From an uncultured Candidatus Saccharibacteria bacterium (GTDB lineage Bacteria > Patescibacteriota > Minisyncoccia > Phycocordibacterales > UBA918), in NCBI GenBank assembly GCA_964626635.1, contig CAZVFY010000002.1:72415-136414 (forward strand): a DNA stretch of 64,000 bases, written 5' to 3'. The notes under the pieces were generated by a model, which saw only the letters and a program-made list of their open reading frames with translations, had not been told where the DNA came from and did no database searches. Below, piece by piece: positions 38,415-49,374 of the stretch. Position 1 is the stretch's first letter. Every line of letters begins with the position of its first letter. The translations under genes were made by a program, and so were the position numbers.

Positions 38415-39731
38415 CTAATCTTGGTGTCGGTATTTGATATCCGCGCCGAGCGCGCTCAGTCGCTCGACCAGTCCCTCGTAGCCGCGATTAATTGAGTAAA
38501 TATTGCGCAAAGTCGAAGTACCGGTGGCAGCTAGCATACCGATCAGCAGGATCGTTGCGGGGCGCAGGGCCGGCGGACAGACCAGTTCGGCGGCGCGCAG
38601 TGGCGTCGGCCCGTTCACAAATATACGGTGCGGGTCAGCCAGGATCGTGTCAGCCCCTAGTCGATCTAGTTCGGTAAAGTAAATCGCGCGCTTTTCGTAG
38701 ACCCAGTCATGGATCATGGTGGTACCAGTCGCCTGCGTCGCGATCACCGCAAAAAATGGCAAGTTGTCGATATTGATGCCGGGATAGGGACGGGGAGCAA
38801 TTTTTTCGGGTGGCGCGACGAGGGTCGAGGGTCGGGTGGTGATATCAACTAGGCGGGTGTGGCCGTTCTCGTGTCGGTATTCCTCGCTGCGGCTGTACTG
38901 TAGCCCCATCTTTTCTAATACTAATAGCTCCAGCTCAAGGAATTCGATCGGGCAGCGCTTGATCTCTAGTTCGCTACCGGTGGTGATTGCCGCCGCGAGG
39001 AAAAACATACTGTCGGTCGGGTCCTCGGTCAGGGTGTAGTCGACCGCTTGATCAATCGTGTCGACGCCGGTGACGGTCAGGGTGGTGGTGCCGATGCCGT
39101 CAATCTGTACGCCCAGCTGTGTCAAGAATACACACAATTCCTGCACCATGTAGTTGGCACTGGCGTACCGGATCGTGGTCGTGCCGGGTGTCATGGCCGC
39201 TGCCATCAGCGCGTTTTCGGTCACGGTGTCACCTGATTCGTACAAGATTACCTCACCCGGGGTAGTTTGATTGTAGGTGATTTCGTAGTCAGTGTCGGTC
39301 ACAGTGATATCGACGCCGAATTTTTCGAGCGCATAAAAGTGCGGCCGCACGGTGCGACTACCGAGCTTGCAGCCACCGGATTGTGGGAGTTTAAATTTCG
39401 CAAACAAATGAATGAGGGATCCAATACACATCACAATGCTGCGGGTGCGCTCGGCGGCGGCGCGGTCAATCGCATCCAGATCGTACCCATTCGTCGGCGG
39501 CGTGAGCGTCAGCGTGCTGTCAGCCCACTCGGCTTGAATGCCGACGCTGCGCAAGACTTCGACGATGCGATTGACTTCTTCGATCCGGGGCATTCGGTGG
39601 AGGGTGGTCGTGCCACGATTAAGGAGACTGGCACACAGTAGCCCAACAGCGCCGTTTTTGCTGGTATTTGTGGTGACTGTTCCGCGCAGGGTATTGCCGC
39701 CGGTGATAGTGAGGTTCAAGGTAGGTTGCAT
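38415..39731 (-). CDS. murA: UDP-N-acetylglucosamine 1-carboxyvinyltransferase
   Basis: SKN, GGCKLGSR, TEN.LMAA, RGYE. Confidence 0.93.
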   Translation of the reverse strand: MQPTLNLTITGGNTLRGTVTTNTSKNGAVGLLCASLLNRGTTTLHRMPRIEEVNRIVEVLRSVGIQAEWADSTLTLTPPTNGYDLDAIDRAAAERTRSIVMCIGSLIHLFAKFKLPQSGGCKLGSRTVRPHFYALEKFGVDITVTDTDYEITYNQTTPGEVILYESGDTVTENALMAAAMTPGTTTIRYASANYMVQELCVFLTQLGVQIDGIGTTTLTVTGVDTIDQAVDYTLTEDPTDSMFFLAAAITTGSELEIKRCPIEFLELELLVLEKMGLQYSRSEEYRHENGHTRLVDITTRPSTLVAPPEKIAPRPYPGINIDNLPFFAVIATQATGTTMIHDWVYEKRAIYFTELDRLGADTILADPHRIFVNGPTPLRAAELVCPPALRPATILLIGMLAATGTSTLRNIYSINRGYEGLVERLSALGADIKYRHQD

Positions 39732-39800
39732 GCATGGCAGTATACCAATTTAATTTCGATTCGTTTACCGCACGCGCCTGACTTGCTACACTATCGACAC

Positions 39801-40817
39801 ATGAAGTTTCCGACATTTTCGCCCAAGGTTGGCATCGACCTTGGCACTACTAATATTCTGGTGTTTATCCCGGGGCAAGGAGTGGTACTGAACGAGCCGT
39901 CGGTCGTCGCCGTATCTAGTGACGGCCGGGTGGTGGCGGTGGGGTCCGAAGCCAAATTGATGATCGGTCGCACGCCTGACGATATCCGCGCCTACCGGCC
40001 GATGCGCGACGGCGTGATTGCTGACTACCGGGTGACCGAGGCGATGTTGCGCTATTTTCTCAAGAAATCTCTCAGTCAGTATAGTTTGTTCCGGCCGGAA
40101 GTGATGGTGTCGGTTCCGGCGGGTGTCACCAGCACTCAACGCCGCGCGGTGGTCGAGGCGGCCATGCGCGCCGGAGCCAAGACTGCTTTTGTCGTCAAAG
40201 AACCAATTCTGGCTGCCATCGGCGCTGGCGTTCCAATCTATGAACCGCAGGGGCACATGATCGTCGATATTGGCGGCGGGACGATTGACGTAGCGGTGAT
40301 CGCGCTCGGCGGAATTGTGGCGGCGAATTCGGTCAAGGTTGCTGGCAATCACATTGACGCAGCCATCGTTGACTACGTCAAGAAGCACAAAAATCTCGCC
40401 ATCGGTGACAAAACTGCAGAGGAGATTAAGATTCAGATCGGTTCCGCATTGCCGCTAACCGACGAACTAAAAATGGAAATGAAGGGTCGTGACATCGTCA
40501 CCGGCTTGCCGCGCACGGTCGAAATGCGTAGTAATGAGATCGTCAAAGCGATCAGTAAGGAACTAAAGGAAATGATCGCTGCGATCCGGGATGTCTTCCA
40601 GGAAACGCCGCCGGAACTGGCCGCCGATATCATCGACTCGGGCATTATTATGACGGGCGGGACGTCGCAGTTGCGGAATTTTCCCGAACTCATTAAACGC
40701 CGGTTGGGCGTAAAAGCCCAGGTGTCAGACCAAGCATTGTTGTGTGTGGTCAAAGGGACTGGTGTCGCGCTTGAACACTTAGGTGTCTACAAACGCGCGG
40801 TATTGGCGAAGAAATAA
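39801..40817 (+). CDS. mreB: Rod shape-determining protein MreB/Mbl, paralog 1
   Basis: GIDLGT, EPSVVA, VDIGGGT, TGG; start set at 39801. Confidence 0.93.
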   Translation: MKFPTFSPKVGIDLGTTNILVFIPGQGVVLNEPSVVAVSSDGRVVAVGSEAKLMIGRTPDDIRAYRPMRDGVIADYRVTEAMLRYFLKKSLSQYSLFRPEVMVSVPAGVTSTQRRAVVEAAMRAGAKTAFVVKEPILAAIGAGVPIYEPQGHMIVDIGGGTIDVAVIALGGIVAANSVKVAGNHIDAAIVDYVKKHKNLAIGDKTAEEIKIQIGSALPLTDELKMEMKGRDIVTGLPRTVEMRSNEIVKAISKELKEMIAAIRDVFQETPPELAADIIDSGIIMTGGTSQLRNFPELIKRRLGVKAQVSDQALLCVVKGTGVALEHLGVYKRAVLAKK

Positions 40818-40878
40818 TGCCACGTTAATCGTCAATAACCAGCAAACGACTATCGGCAGAGCGGTATACTGGATAAGT

Positions 40879-43686
40879 ATGGAACAGCCGCCACAGCGAT
40901 TTGCCAATCCAACCGACGAAGTGGTATTTCTGCGTGAGCAGTTAGCGGCGCGCGAGCGAGAACTGTTCGAACGCCAGCCAGCGGCCGAGACACCCGAGTC
41001 ACAAACCGCCCAAAAAGAAGCGCTACGCGCCTACCACCAGTTCACTCCACAGTCAGTGCTAGACCCGAGCTATGAACTGTCAGGCCATGCACTTCGCGCA
41101 GCTGAGGCCGGGCTAGAAGTCGCGCATGATCCAGTTGCAGAAGTGCTAGAAATCGCTAAGACTCACGGCATCAAAAACGCGCTTGGGGTGCTCGAGCGAC
41201 AATCAGATATCTCGGCGCACACGATTGATGAGGTGCATCGACAACTGATCGAGCACATCCGGGGTGGGGTGGCGTTAGTAGATCTTCGCGAAGGCGTCCC
41301 GCCCTGGCACGTCATGCACATGACGCTCTATTCGATTGCGCTCCCAGAACAAACTGGCACCACTGACGCCGGTGGTCACGCCGAGCTAGTCGGCCGGATG
41401 CAGCAGCTACTCCAAGGCTTGCGCGTCATTGGCAGCAAGCAATCCCTCAATCACATCGCCTTCGAGGTGGCGGTCGCTAATGATACTCAAGACATCGTGT
41501 TCTACGTCGCGGTGCCAGACGAGTACCGCGAATTATTTGAAAAGCAAACGTTGTCGCTGTTTCCACACGCGGTGTTGGCGCTCGAGCCACATGATTACAA
41601 TGTGTTCGGGGGCGACGGGGCGGTGGCTGGTGCGACCGTGTCGCTCAAAAAGCACATGCTTTATCCGCTCGCAACGGCAGCAGACTTGGCGACCGATCCG
41701 CTCGAGGTGCTCCTGAATGCTTGTTCGGATGTCACCATGGGTGAGGGAGTGGCCGTGCAGTTCCTAGTGCGCTACCCAACGGCTACCTACCGACGAGACA
41801 TTGAACAAATTAAAAAACAGATTGAAAAGGGTGCCAAAGTCGGCGAAGCGATCAGTCGCAGCACCCTCGGTGGCGCGGTACTGGCCGAAGTGGGTTCATT
41901 ATTCACATCAAAGAAACCAAGCACTGACACCGAACCAAAAGACATCGACACCGCGACAATCGAGCAAATCAACACCAAACTACAGTCAGACATCATTGAA
42001 GTACAAATCCGCGTGGTTGCTTCGGCGCACAACATCGGTCGTAGTGAGGACATCTTGACCGAGCTACTGGCGTCCCTGGCGCAGTTCGAGAACGTAGCCG
42101 GGAACACACTGGTAACCAAACGTGTGCCGCATAAATCCCTGCGTCAATTCGAGAAAGCCTTCTCGTTTCGGCAGTTCGATAAGTCCGCGGCCATGCCGCT
42201 TAATCTCACTGAACTGGCCAGTCTGGTGCACTTTCCCGGCAACGGAGTGGCGGCCGCGCACCAATTCCGCCAGTCATCAGCGCAAACTGCCCCCGCACCA
42301 ACCGAGCTACCGACCAAGGGGACATTGTTGGGCCGTAACGTACACCGCGCCGTCGAGCGGGACGTGCGCATCACAGACGAAGATCGTTTGCGGCATTTCT
42401 ATATCATTGGACAGACTGGTACCGGTAAGACGACCCTCATGAAGAATATGATTGTCCAAGACATCCAGCGGGGTGACGGGGCGTGCCTGATCGACCCGCA
42501 CGGCACAGACATCGAAGATGTCCTCGGTGCCGTGCCACCGGAGCGGGCTGATGATGTCATTTACTTTGATCCGTCGCGGATGGATAGGGTGCTCGGCCTC
42601 AATATGCTGGAATTTGATGAGACTAAGCCGGAGCAAAAAACCTTTGTGGTCAACGAATTGTTCTCCATCTTTCAAAAATTATACGGTGCCAATCCAGAGT
42701 CGATGGGGCCGATGTTCGAGCAGTATTTCCGTAATGCCACCATGTTGGTAATGGAAGACCCGGCGTCCGGCAATACCCTGATGGACATTGGTCGCGTCAT
42801 GGCCGACGCGCAGTATCGCCGCTATAAACTCAGTAAGGCTACCAATCCAGTCGTGGTGCAGTTCTGGCGTGAGATCGCCGGGAAGGCCGGCGGGGAAGCG
42901 TCGCTCGAGAATATCGTGCCGTACATCGTGTCCAAATTTGATGTCTTTACGGCGAACGATTACATGCGTCCGATCATCGGGCAGCAGCAATCAGCGTTTA
43001 ATTTCCGGCAGATTATGGATGAGCGCAAGATTTTACTGGTCAATCTGTCAAAAGGTCGGCTGGGCGAGATCAACGCGAACTTGATCGGGATGATTTTGGT
43101 GGGCAAGATCTTGATGGCTGCTTTGTCGAGGGTCGACGATTCGAGTAAGGGCTACCCGCCGTTTTATTTACACATGGATGAGTTCCAAAATATCTCGACC
43201 AATTCTATCTCGGCCATTTTGTCCGAAGCTCGCAAATACAAATTAGGACTGACCATGGCGCACCAGTTCATCGCGCAGCTGCAGCCTGACATCAAAGACG
43301 CCGTATTTGGGAACGTTGGGTCAATGGCGGCGTTCCGGGTCGGGCCGGAGGATTCGCAGTTCCTCGAATCACAATTCAACCCACCATTCACCGCCAGCGA
43401 CCTGATGAACGTCCCAAACCGCAATGCGTTCTTGCGCGTCCTCGCGAATGGAACACCGACCAAACCATTCAGCATCAGCACCATGCGCCCAGTCGAGCCA
43501 GACCTAACTCGGACTGCCGAGCTGATCGAGCGCAGCCTGGATCGCTACGGCCAGCCGCGTAGCGTGATCGAGGCGGATATCAGTGCGCGCTACCAAAAGC
43601 CAAAATTGAACGGTGCACCAACTCCAGCGCCAGGCCTGCCAGGCAACAATCCCCCTCAGCCGACTGCTCCTACAGTCCGCGTATAG
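40879..43686 (+). CDS. VirD4/TraG/HerA-like P-loop ATPase
   Basis: RLRHFYIIGQTGTGKT, IDPHG, LHMDEFQN, EARKY, AHQF..QL. Confidence 0.85.
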   Translation: MEQPPQRFANPTDEVVFLREQLAARERELFERQPAAETPESQTAQKEALRAYHQFTPQSVLDPSYELSGHALRAAEAGLEVAHDPVAEVLEIAKTHGIKNALGVLERQSDISAHTIDEVHRQLIEHIRGGVALVDLREGVPPWHVMHMTLYSIALPEQTGTTDAGGHAELVGRMQQLLQGLRVIGSKQSLNHIAFEVAVANDTQDIVFYVAVPDEYRELFEKQTLSLFPHAVLALEPHDYNVFGGDGAVAGATVSLKKHMLYPLATAADLATDPLEVLLNACSDVTMGEGVAVQFLVRYPTATYRRDIEQIKKQIEKGAKVGEAISRSTLGGAVLAEVGSLFTSKKPSTDTEPKDIDTATIEQINTKLQSDIIEVQIRVVASAHNIGRSEDILTELLASLAQFENVAGNTLVTKRVPHKSLRQFEKAFSFRQFDKSAAMPLNLTELASLVHFPGNGVAAAHQFRQSSAQTAPAPTELPTKGTLLGRNVHRAVERDVRITDEDRLRHFYIIGQTGTGKTTLMKNMIVQDIQRGDGACLIDPHGTDIEDVLGAVPPERADDVIYFDPSRMDRVLGLNMLEFDETKPEQKTFVVNELFSIFQKLYGANPESMGPMFEQYFRNATMLVMEDPASGNTLMDIGRVMADAQYRRYKLSKATNPVVVQFWREIAGKAGGEASLENIVPYIVSKFDVFTANDYMRPIIGQQQSAFNFRQIMDERKILLVNLSKGRLGEINANLIGMILVGKILMAALSRVDDSSKGYPPFYLHMDEFQNISTNSISAILSEARKYKLGLTMAHQFIAQLQPDIKDAVFGNVGSMAAFRVGPEDSQFLESQFNPPFTASDLMNVPNRNAFLRVLANGTPTKPFSISTMRPVEPDLTRTAELIERSLDRYGQPRSVIEADISARYQKPKLNGAPTPAPGLPGNNPPQPTAPTVRV

Positions 43687-43698
43687 TATATTTAGCGT

Positions 43699-45273
43699 AT
43701 GTCATTTGAAGGTGCTCCACCAATAGCCGAAACCGGGCTGCCAATCAGGCCAGCCAGTGCTAGGCAGAGTTTGGCACAGGAATACGGTGATATGCTTGCT
43801 AATGCCAACAATAGCAATCAATCAGAGCTCGCCGAGGTAGAGCTCGATGCAACTGCTGACGACGAAGATCAAGATTCTGATCCAGATCTGAGCGGATACG
43901 TACGCCCGCAATTGGACGCGCCAACCGAGGAGCCTAGCCCCGACACTACTGCCACGGACGCCGAGCTAGCTCATCAGTACACTGAATTAGGATACGAGGC
44001 GAACGTCTTGCCAGATGACCTTACTGCGGATACCGCTGTAGAAGTATCCGAGTCAATAGACTCATCTGAAAAATTGGGAGAAGAGGTCAAGTTGGACGAA
44101 AAGGGGTTAGATTACACCCAAGCTGCACTCGATGACTATCTCGCCAATGCAGTCACTGCTACTGAACAAAATATTTCCGCGTGGCAACAGGATCCAGAAA
44201 CTGCCTCAGCATATCTGCAGCAATCAGAAGAATTTGCGAACGCTGTACGCGCCGCTGACACCCTTACAGAACTGAAAGAAAGACTATCTGATGGCGGCAG
44301 CATTACTGACAAGGATGCCAAGCTGGTGCAATCACTGACTGACGCGATCGCAAAAGCTGAAATTACTATTCCGATGAGTACCCTTTCCGCAGAAACAGGA
44401 CCGTCAGATAGCACTCAAACCCAGCTACATATAGAACAAGTTGAAAGAACACAGTCCGACGAGGAGATGCTAGAACCAGAACCAGAAGACTCGCCACTAG
44501 TCGGGCGTCCACGTGGATCTCTTGCGCCTGTAGGGTTAGATCCTAAAGAGGGAGATCAAATTGGCATTACGGCCAATGGCCGTCAGATACAACGGACTAA
44601 TGAGTTAACAAATAACTGGCCTGCTGAGGCTGATGCAGATCGGTTGCAGCTGCAACGTCGACTGTATGGTCCAGAGGTAGCAAATGATATGGAGGCTTTA
44701 CGCAAAATGGCTGACGCGCGGCGAAATTCCACCGAAGTAAGAAGCTCTGTTTTTACGCCGAAATCTTTACGCGCAACAGCAGAAAGAGAAGAAGTACATC
44801 ATCATACAGAATTCGACCCAACCACTGCCGCTCCCGAGGCACTACAAGCCAACGATGCTGAATGGCCACAGGTCGCAGTTGATCAAATTATCCTTGATGT
44901 CGAATCAGTTGCCAGTCAGTCGCGCGGCGCCTGGTCGAAATTTGTCCACCGTTTAACAAAGGGTAACGGATTTGTTTATGGGTGTGGCAATCGACCATTC
45001 AATCAATTTGTCGCGTTGTGTGATCCTGCTAAAAATTCTATGACGCAGATAAAAGAAACTGTCCTCAAACCAGTTGATGTTGATTACAACACGTTTAACG
45101 CTTGGCGTGATCGGCTTGACGACATGATTGATATTCAGGATGAGTATGATATGCCCATATTGAACAAGGGGGGTACGCCCCCGGTGAGATCATTCAGCGA
45201 AGTGGCTGAGCTATATGCCAGACGTATGCTAACGCTGGAGCGCGGCTCTGCAATGGGTCATTATTTACAATGA
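43699..45273 (+). CDS. Acidic low-complexity hypothetical protein
   Basis: 524-aa ORF, D/E-rich, apparently globular C-terminus. Confidence 0.7.
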   Translation: MSFEGAPPIAETGLPIRPASARQSLAQEYGDMLANANNSNQSELAEVELDATADDEDQDSDPDLSGYVRPQLDAPTEEPSPDTTATDAELAHQYTELGYEANVLPDDLTADTAVEVSESIDSSEKLGEEVKLDEKGLDYTQAALDDYLANAVTATEQNISAWQQDPETASAYLQQSEEFANAVRAADTLTELKERLSDGGSITDKDAKLVQSLTDAIAKAEITIPMSTLSAETGPSDSTQTQLHIEQVERTQSDEEMLEPEPEDSPLVGRPRGSLAPVGLDPKEGDQIGITANGRQIQRTNELTNNWPAEADADRLQLQRRLYGPEVANDMEALRKMADARRNSTEVRSSVFTPKSLRATAEREEVHHHTEFDPTTAAPEALQANDAEWPQVAVDQIILDVESVASQSRGAWSKFVHRLTKGNGFVYGCGNRPFNQFVALCDPAKNSMTQIKETVLKPVDVDYNTFNAWRDRLDDMIDIQDEYDMPILNKGGTPPVRSFSEVAELYARRMLTLERGSAMGHYLQ

Positions 45274-45333
45274 TAGGTAATTCACACGAAGACATGTTGA
45301 TAACGAGTCCGAGTGCTACACTACTAGTAAGTT

Positions 45334-47031
45334 ATGGCACGTTCTTTTTCTTTTGACACCCCAGAGGAGGTAATGCATGTGTTGGCATCACTGCGTGCGA
45401 GCCAGCTTTCAATGGCTGATCAGGGTCGCATGCGCGATCTGATACTTTCTTACACGAATGGCGGGAAAGATCCTTCGCTTAAGAATCAGATTCAAAGAGA
45501 ATTACAGGCGCTACACGTGGCACCAAGTGAAGTGGAGACCAGATTAGAAGTTGGTCAAGTGCATTCGTTCGGATCATCCCGATCGACGCCGACCTTTCGT
45601 CCGCCAGTACCGGAAACTCCGCCCACCGCTGAGCCAGTTTCCCCTCACCCGGTTACTGAGCCAATACCAGTTCAAGTTAAACCGTTAGCAGCGCCCGCAT
45701 CAGCACCACTAAACACACTGCAAACACCTCCCCAGCCAGCAACTGCACACCCGTCAGCACAAACCAACACACCCGGATCGGACCTAGACACCGAACCAGC
45801 TACATCAGCGGATGCAGTTACAGCGACTAATTCGACGGTTCCTGCAAATGATAGCGGTGAGACTCCGTTAGTTCACACGCCAGCTGCACCGACCGCAACT
45901 TTAGATCGTATTCGCGCTATTAAATCTGAGATTAATCAGCTAGTTGGTAACCCAGTGCATCTGGTTGAAACAAATAACGAGATTGGTCGTGAATACATGG
46001 CTGCCATGCTGAATGCAATGAAATCCATTAGTGCTGGCGGCACTGAAGAGGCAATGGAACGGCTGGAAACGGCGTTTGCAGCTGCCAAATCTACTATTGC
46101 CAAACAACCTGCAGAGACCCCGCAAGCCCCCCAAGCAGATGTTTTGCAGCCAACACCAACGCCACCAGAAGTCATTCAAAACCAGGCCGCCCCGCACCCT
46201 TCGTCCGTCGCCAACCCACCCCAGCCAGCACAAACAAATCAAACTCCATCAGTCCCTCGGGCTGAAACGCCGGCACAAGCAGTACCAATTGTAACTACAG
46301 CGCCAGTACCAACTGCTGCGAGACAGGTACAGCCGCGCCCTGAACCAGAAGTCGTGCCCGCCAGCAGTTCTGATGTTACCTCTGTTTCGGCCGCTCCGGG
46401 ACGACCAGACAGCTCGGCGCCAATAGTGCTGGATCAGACGGATACGGGTGATAGCGCGTCACGCTGGAAGGATGTGCCAATGCAATTCCAAACAAATACT
46501 ACTACGACACCACCTCAACCACCGACTTCAGAACCTGCTCGTTCTACGCCAGCAGTTCCAGCCAGCTCTAATTTAGGCGCTCAGCCACCAGTCCCACCAC
46601 CACCCGCATCGGCCACACCACCGAGTAAACTAAAACCGTTAGCTGAAGCTGGTGAACCTCTCCATACACCAACCGAGCTACCAACCGCTACAGAGATGGC
46701 GCAAAAGCACCCTGGTGACCCGCTTTATACCCAGGCGGTGACCGATGGTTTACAACAGTTGCTCCTTGATTGGCAATTGTTTAATAAAAGCGGATTATTT
46801 GGCACTGGGCCGAAAGGTCTAGAGCACCCACTTTTCCTTAAAACTAAAGACATGCTGATTCCTATCTTATTAGCTGGGCGCTTTGATGGTGCGAGTCAAG
46901 AGATCAAGCAAAGTGTCACCGATTACATGAATGGGTGGCGCTACGAGCAGGGAATTGTCTACGAACAAGGCGAGACGTTCGAACATTACTTACGCCGCGT
47001 GATCAAGCACATTCTTGATCTTCACGCTTAA
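45334..47031 (+). CDS. Pro/Thr-rich hypothetical protein with three helical blocks
   Basis: 565-aa ORF with P/T/A linkers and C-terminal SGLFGTGP...MNGWRYEQG. Confidence 0.75.
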   Translation: MARSFSFDTPEEVMHVLASLRASQLSMADQGRMRDLILSYTNGGKDPSLKNQIQRELQALHVAPSEVETRLEVGQVHSFGSSRSTPTFRPPVPETPPTAEPVSPHPVTEPIPVQVKPLAAPASAPLNTLQTPPQPATAHPSAQTNTPGSDLDTEPATSADAVTATNSTVPANDSGETPLVHTPAAPTATLDRIRAIKSEINQLVGNPVHLVETNNEIGREYMAAMLNAMKSISAGGTEEAMERLETAFAAAKSTIAKQPAETPQAPQADVLQPTPTPPEVIQNQAAPHPSSVANPPQPAQTNQTPSVPRAETPAQAVPIVTTAPVPTAARQVQPRPEPEVVPASSSDVTSVSAAPGRPDSSAPIVLDQTDTGDSASRWKDVPMQFQTNTTTTPPQPPTSEPARSTPAVPASSNLGAQPPVPPPPASATPPSKLKPLAEAGEPLHTPTELPTATEMAQKHPGDPLYTQAVTDGLQQLLLDWQLFNKSGLFGTGPKGLEHPLFLKTKDMLIPILLAGRFDGASQEIKQSVTDYMNGWRYEQGIVYEQGETFEHYLRRVIKHILDLHA

Positions 47032-47049
47032 ACAGGCCACACTGGCAAC

Positions 47050-47631
47050 ATGATCACACAGGTTGTTCGCTCGACTGAGCCGTACCAGTACACCACTGAG
47101 TCAGCAGCTGATCAGTCAGTGATCTACGTTGACGCCGATTTGTTTGGTATCAACGATGCCAGGGCGTTGGTACATGAGGCAAATACCACTAGTTTGGAGG
47201 CCGCCACCAAACTGATCGTCGTCCGCGCACTGGGTATCACATTAGAAGCGCAGCAAGCACTATTGAAAATAATTGAAGAGCCACCAACCGGGAGCAGCTT
47301 GCGTTTTGTGGTGCCGCCAACGGTTGAATTGTTACCGACGATTACATCGCGCGTGCACTCCGAAACCTTTAACACGGACACCTTAATTAACGGCACCTGG
47401 GAACAGTTCCTGCACGCAACGTACGCCGAGCGGCAAAAGCAGATTGATGCCTACCAAAAAACCAAAAATGCCGAGTGGCTCTACGCCATTCGAACTGGTC
47501 TGCTGTCATACCTCGAGAGTGGCGTGTCGGTGTCGCCGCTACTGTACTTGGCCGCCAAAAAACTACAGACACGCGGCGCCGTTAACAAATGGTTACTTGA
47601 GGCACTGCTGCTCGAATTGCCGGTTGAATGA
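47050..47631 (+). CDS. holB: DNA polymerase III delta' subunit-like, short
   Basis: GINDAR, T.EAQ.ALLK.IEEPP, LLPTI.SR. Confidence 0.75.
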   Translation: MITQVVRSTEPYQYTTESAADQSVIYVDADLFGINDARALVHEANTTSLEAATKLIVVRALGITLEAQQALLKIIEEPPTGSSLRFVVPPTVELLPTITSRVHSETFNTDTLINGTWEQFLHATYAERQKQIDAYQKTKNAEWLYAIRTGLLSYLESGVSVSPLLYLAAKKLQTRGAVNKWLLEALLLELPVE

Positions 47632-47649
47632 TGCTACACTAGCGAAGAT

Positions 47650-48195
47650 ATGGATGAGAAACAGATCGCACAAAAGTTACAAGAAACAGTCGAATGGCTG
47701 CGGGGTGAATACGCCAGCATCCGCACCGGACAGGCAGCTCCTGGATTGGTCGAGAAAGTGCTGGTCGAATCGTATGGTGCTCGGGTACCGATCAACCAGA
47801 CCGCAACGGTCAGCGTTGAGGATGCGCGGACGCTGCGAATTTCACCCTGGGACGCATCAACGATTCCAGCCATTGAAACCAGCTTGCGCGAATCAGATCT
47901 CGGTCTGTCAGTCGCCACTGACTCATCTGGCTTGCGGGCAATTTTCCCAGAGCTAACCGCCGAACGAAGAGCGCAGCTCAGCAAGCTGGCCAGCCAAAAG
48001 CATGAAGACGCCCGCATCCGGGTACGCGGCATTCGCGATGACGCCAGCAAGGCCATCGACAAACAAGAAAAAGCGGGGGAGATCAGCCAGGACGATAAGT
48101 TCGCCGAGAAAGAATCGCTCCAGACCCAGATCGATAAAGTCAACGCTGATTTAGAAACGCTCTACAAACAAAAGGTTAGCGAGTTGACTGCATAA
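47650..48195 (+). CDS. frr: Ribosome recycling factor
   Basis: IRTGQA, ISPWD, PELTAERR. Confidence 0.95.
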   Translation: MDEKQIAQKLQETVEWLRGEYASIRTGQAAPGLVEKVLVESYGARVPINQTATVSVEDARTLRISPWDASTIPAIETSLRESDLGLSVATDSSGLRAIFPELTAERRAQLSKLASQKHEDARIRVRGIRDDASKAIDKQEKAGEISQDDKFAEKESLQTQIDKVNADLETLYKQKVSELTA

Positions 48196-48198
48196 GCT

Positions 48199-49347
48199 AT
48201 GAATTACGGTTACTTGTTTTTAGCGCTCATCTTATTTTTGTTATTTACCGTGGGATCGTCTCTCGCAATATTTTTAGTTGTGCTATTTGTGCTCATCCTG
48301 GTGCACGAATGGGGGCATTACATCACGGCCAAGAAAACTGGCATGCGAGTTGACGAATTTGGGATTGGCTTTCCGCCGAAATTATTCGGGGTCAAAAAGG
48401 GTGAGACCGAGTACACCTTTAACGCGCTGCCAATTGGCGGATTTGTGCGGATTTATGGCGAAAACTCTGAAGACGACCGGCCAGACGATGCGCCACGCGC
48501 GTTCAATAACCGTCCGAAATGGGCGCAGGCAGTCGTGCTACTCGCTGGGGTGACTATGAACGTACTGCTGGCGTGGGTACTGTTTTTTGCGACGTTTTTG
48601 ATCGGTGTACCAACGCTAATAGAAGATGAATCGACCGCCGGACCAGACGCACAACTGCTTGTGCAGGGCGTATTGCCGGATGGCCCGGCCGCGAACGTGC
48701 TGCCGCTTGGGAGCGTGATCACTGGTGCGACAGCAGGCGACCAGTCACTCGATACACTGACGCCGAGCGCCCTCACCGCATTTGTAAATGACAATCCAGA
48801 CTCTGTCATTACCATTGGTTACAAACGCGGTGGCGAGACAGACACCGTGTCTATAACGCCAGTCACCGGACTGTCTGCTGATGATCCAGCACGCGCGCTC
48901 ATCGGAATACAGCCAGCACTGATCGAAACCCAGTCACTCGGGATCACTCGCGCCTTCACCGAATCTATCAGCCAGACTATTACAGCGACTGGCCAGATTG
49001 TCACTGGACTGACCGACTTGATCGTCGGCAGTATCCAGGGAACGGCTGATTACTCGCAGATTGCCGGGCCGGTCGGGATCGTAGGACTCGTAGGGGATGC
49101 TGCGTCGATTGGGATTGTGGCACTCCTCACGTTCACTGCCTTTATTTCACTCAATTTAGCAGTGATTAATTTGCTGCCGTTTCCAGCCCTTGACGGTGGA
49201 CGGTTAGTGTTTGTCGCTGTCGAAGCCATCACCGGCAAAACCATTCCCGCCGATTGGGCCGGCCGACTGAACCTCGTCGGGTTTGCGTTCTTGCTGCTGC
49301 TAATGGTGGCGGTAACGTACAACGATATTATTAGACTCTTCAGTTGA
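48199..49347 (+). CDS. rseP: RseP site-2 metalloprotease with PDZ domain
   Basis: HEWGH, NLLPFPALDGG. Confidence 0.95.
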   Translation: MNYGYLFLALILFLLFTVGSSLAIFLVVLFVLILVHEWGHYITAKKTGMRVDEFGIGFPPKLFGVKKGETEYTFNALPIGGFVRIYGENSEDDRPDDAPRAFNNRPKWAQAVVLLAGVTMNVLLAWVLFFATFLIGVPTLIEDESTAGPDAQLLVQGVLPDGPAANVLPLGSVITGATAGDQSLDTLTPSALTAFVNDNPDSVITIGYKRGGETDTVSITPVTGLSADDPARALIGIQPALIETQSLGITRAFTESISQTITATGQIVTGLTDLIVGSIQGTADYSQIAGPVGIVGLVGDAASIGIVALLTFTAFISLNLAVINLLPFPALDGGRLVFVAVEAITGKTIPADWAGRLNLVGFAFLLLLMVAVTYNDIIRLFS

Positions 49348-49374
49348 TGAGTATCCAACCACCAACAAAACTGT

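Noticed and set aside
40879-43686. Conjugative element or ICE
   Set aside because: No relaxase, VirB4 partner set, integrase or att sites, and the flanking genes are core housekeeping genes.
45600-46700. Apparent repetitiveness in the Pro/Thr-rich gene
   Set aside because: Compositional low complexity only. No discrete tandem DNA repeat unit was found by eye.
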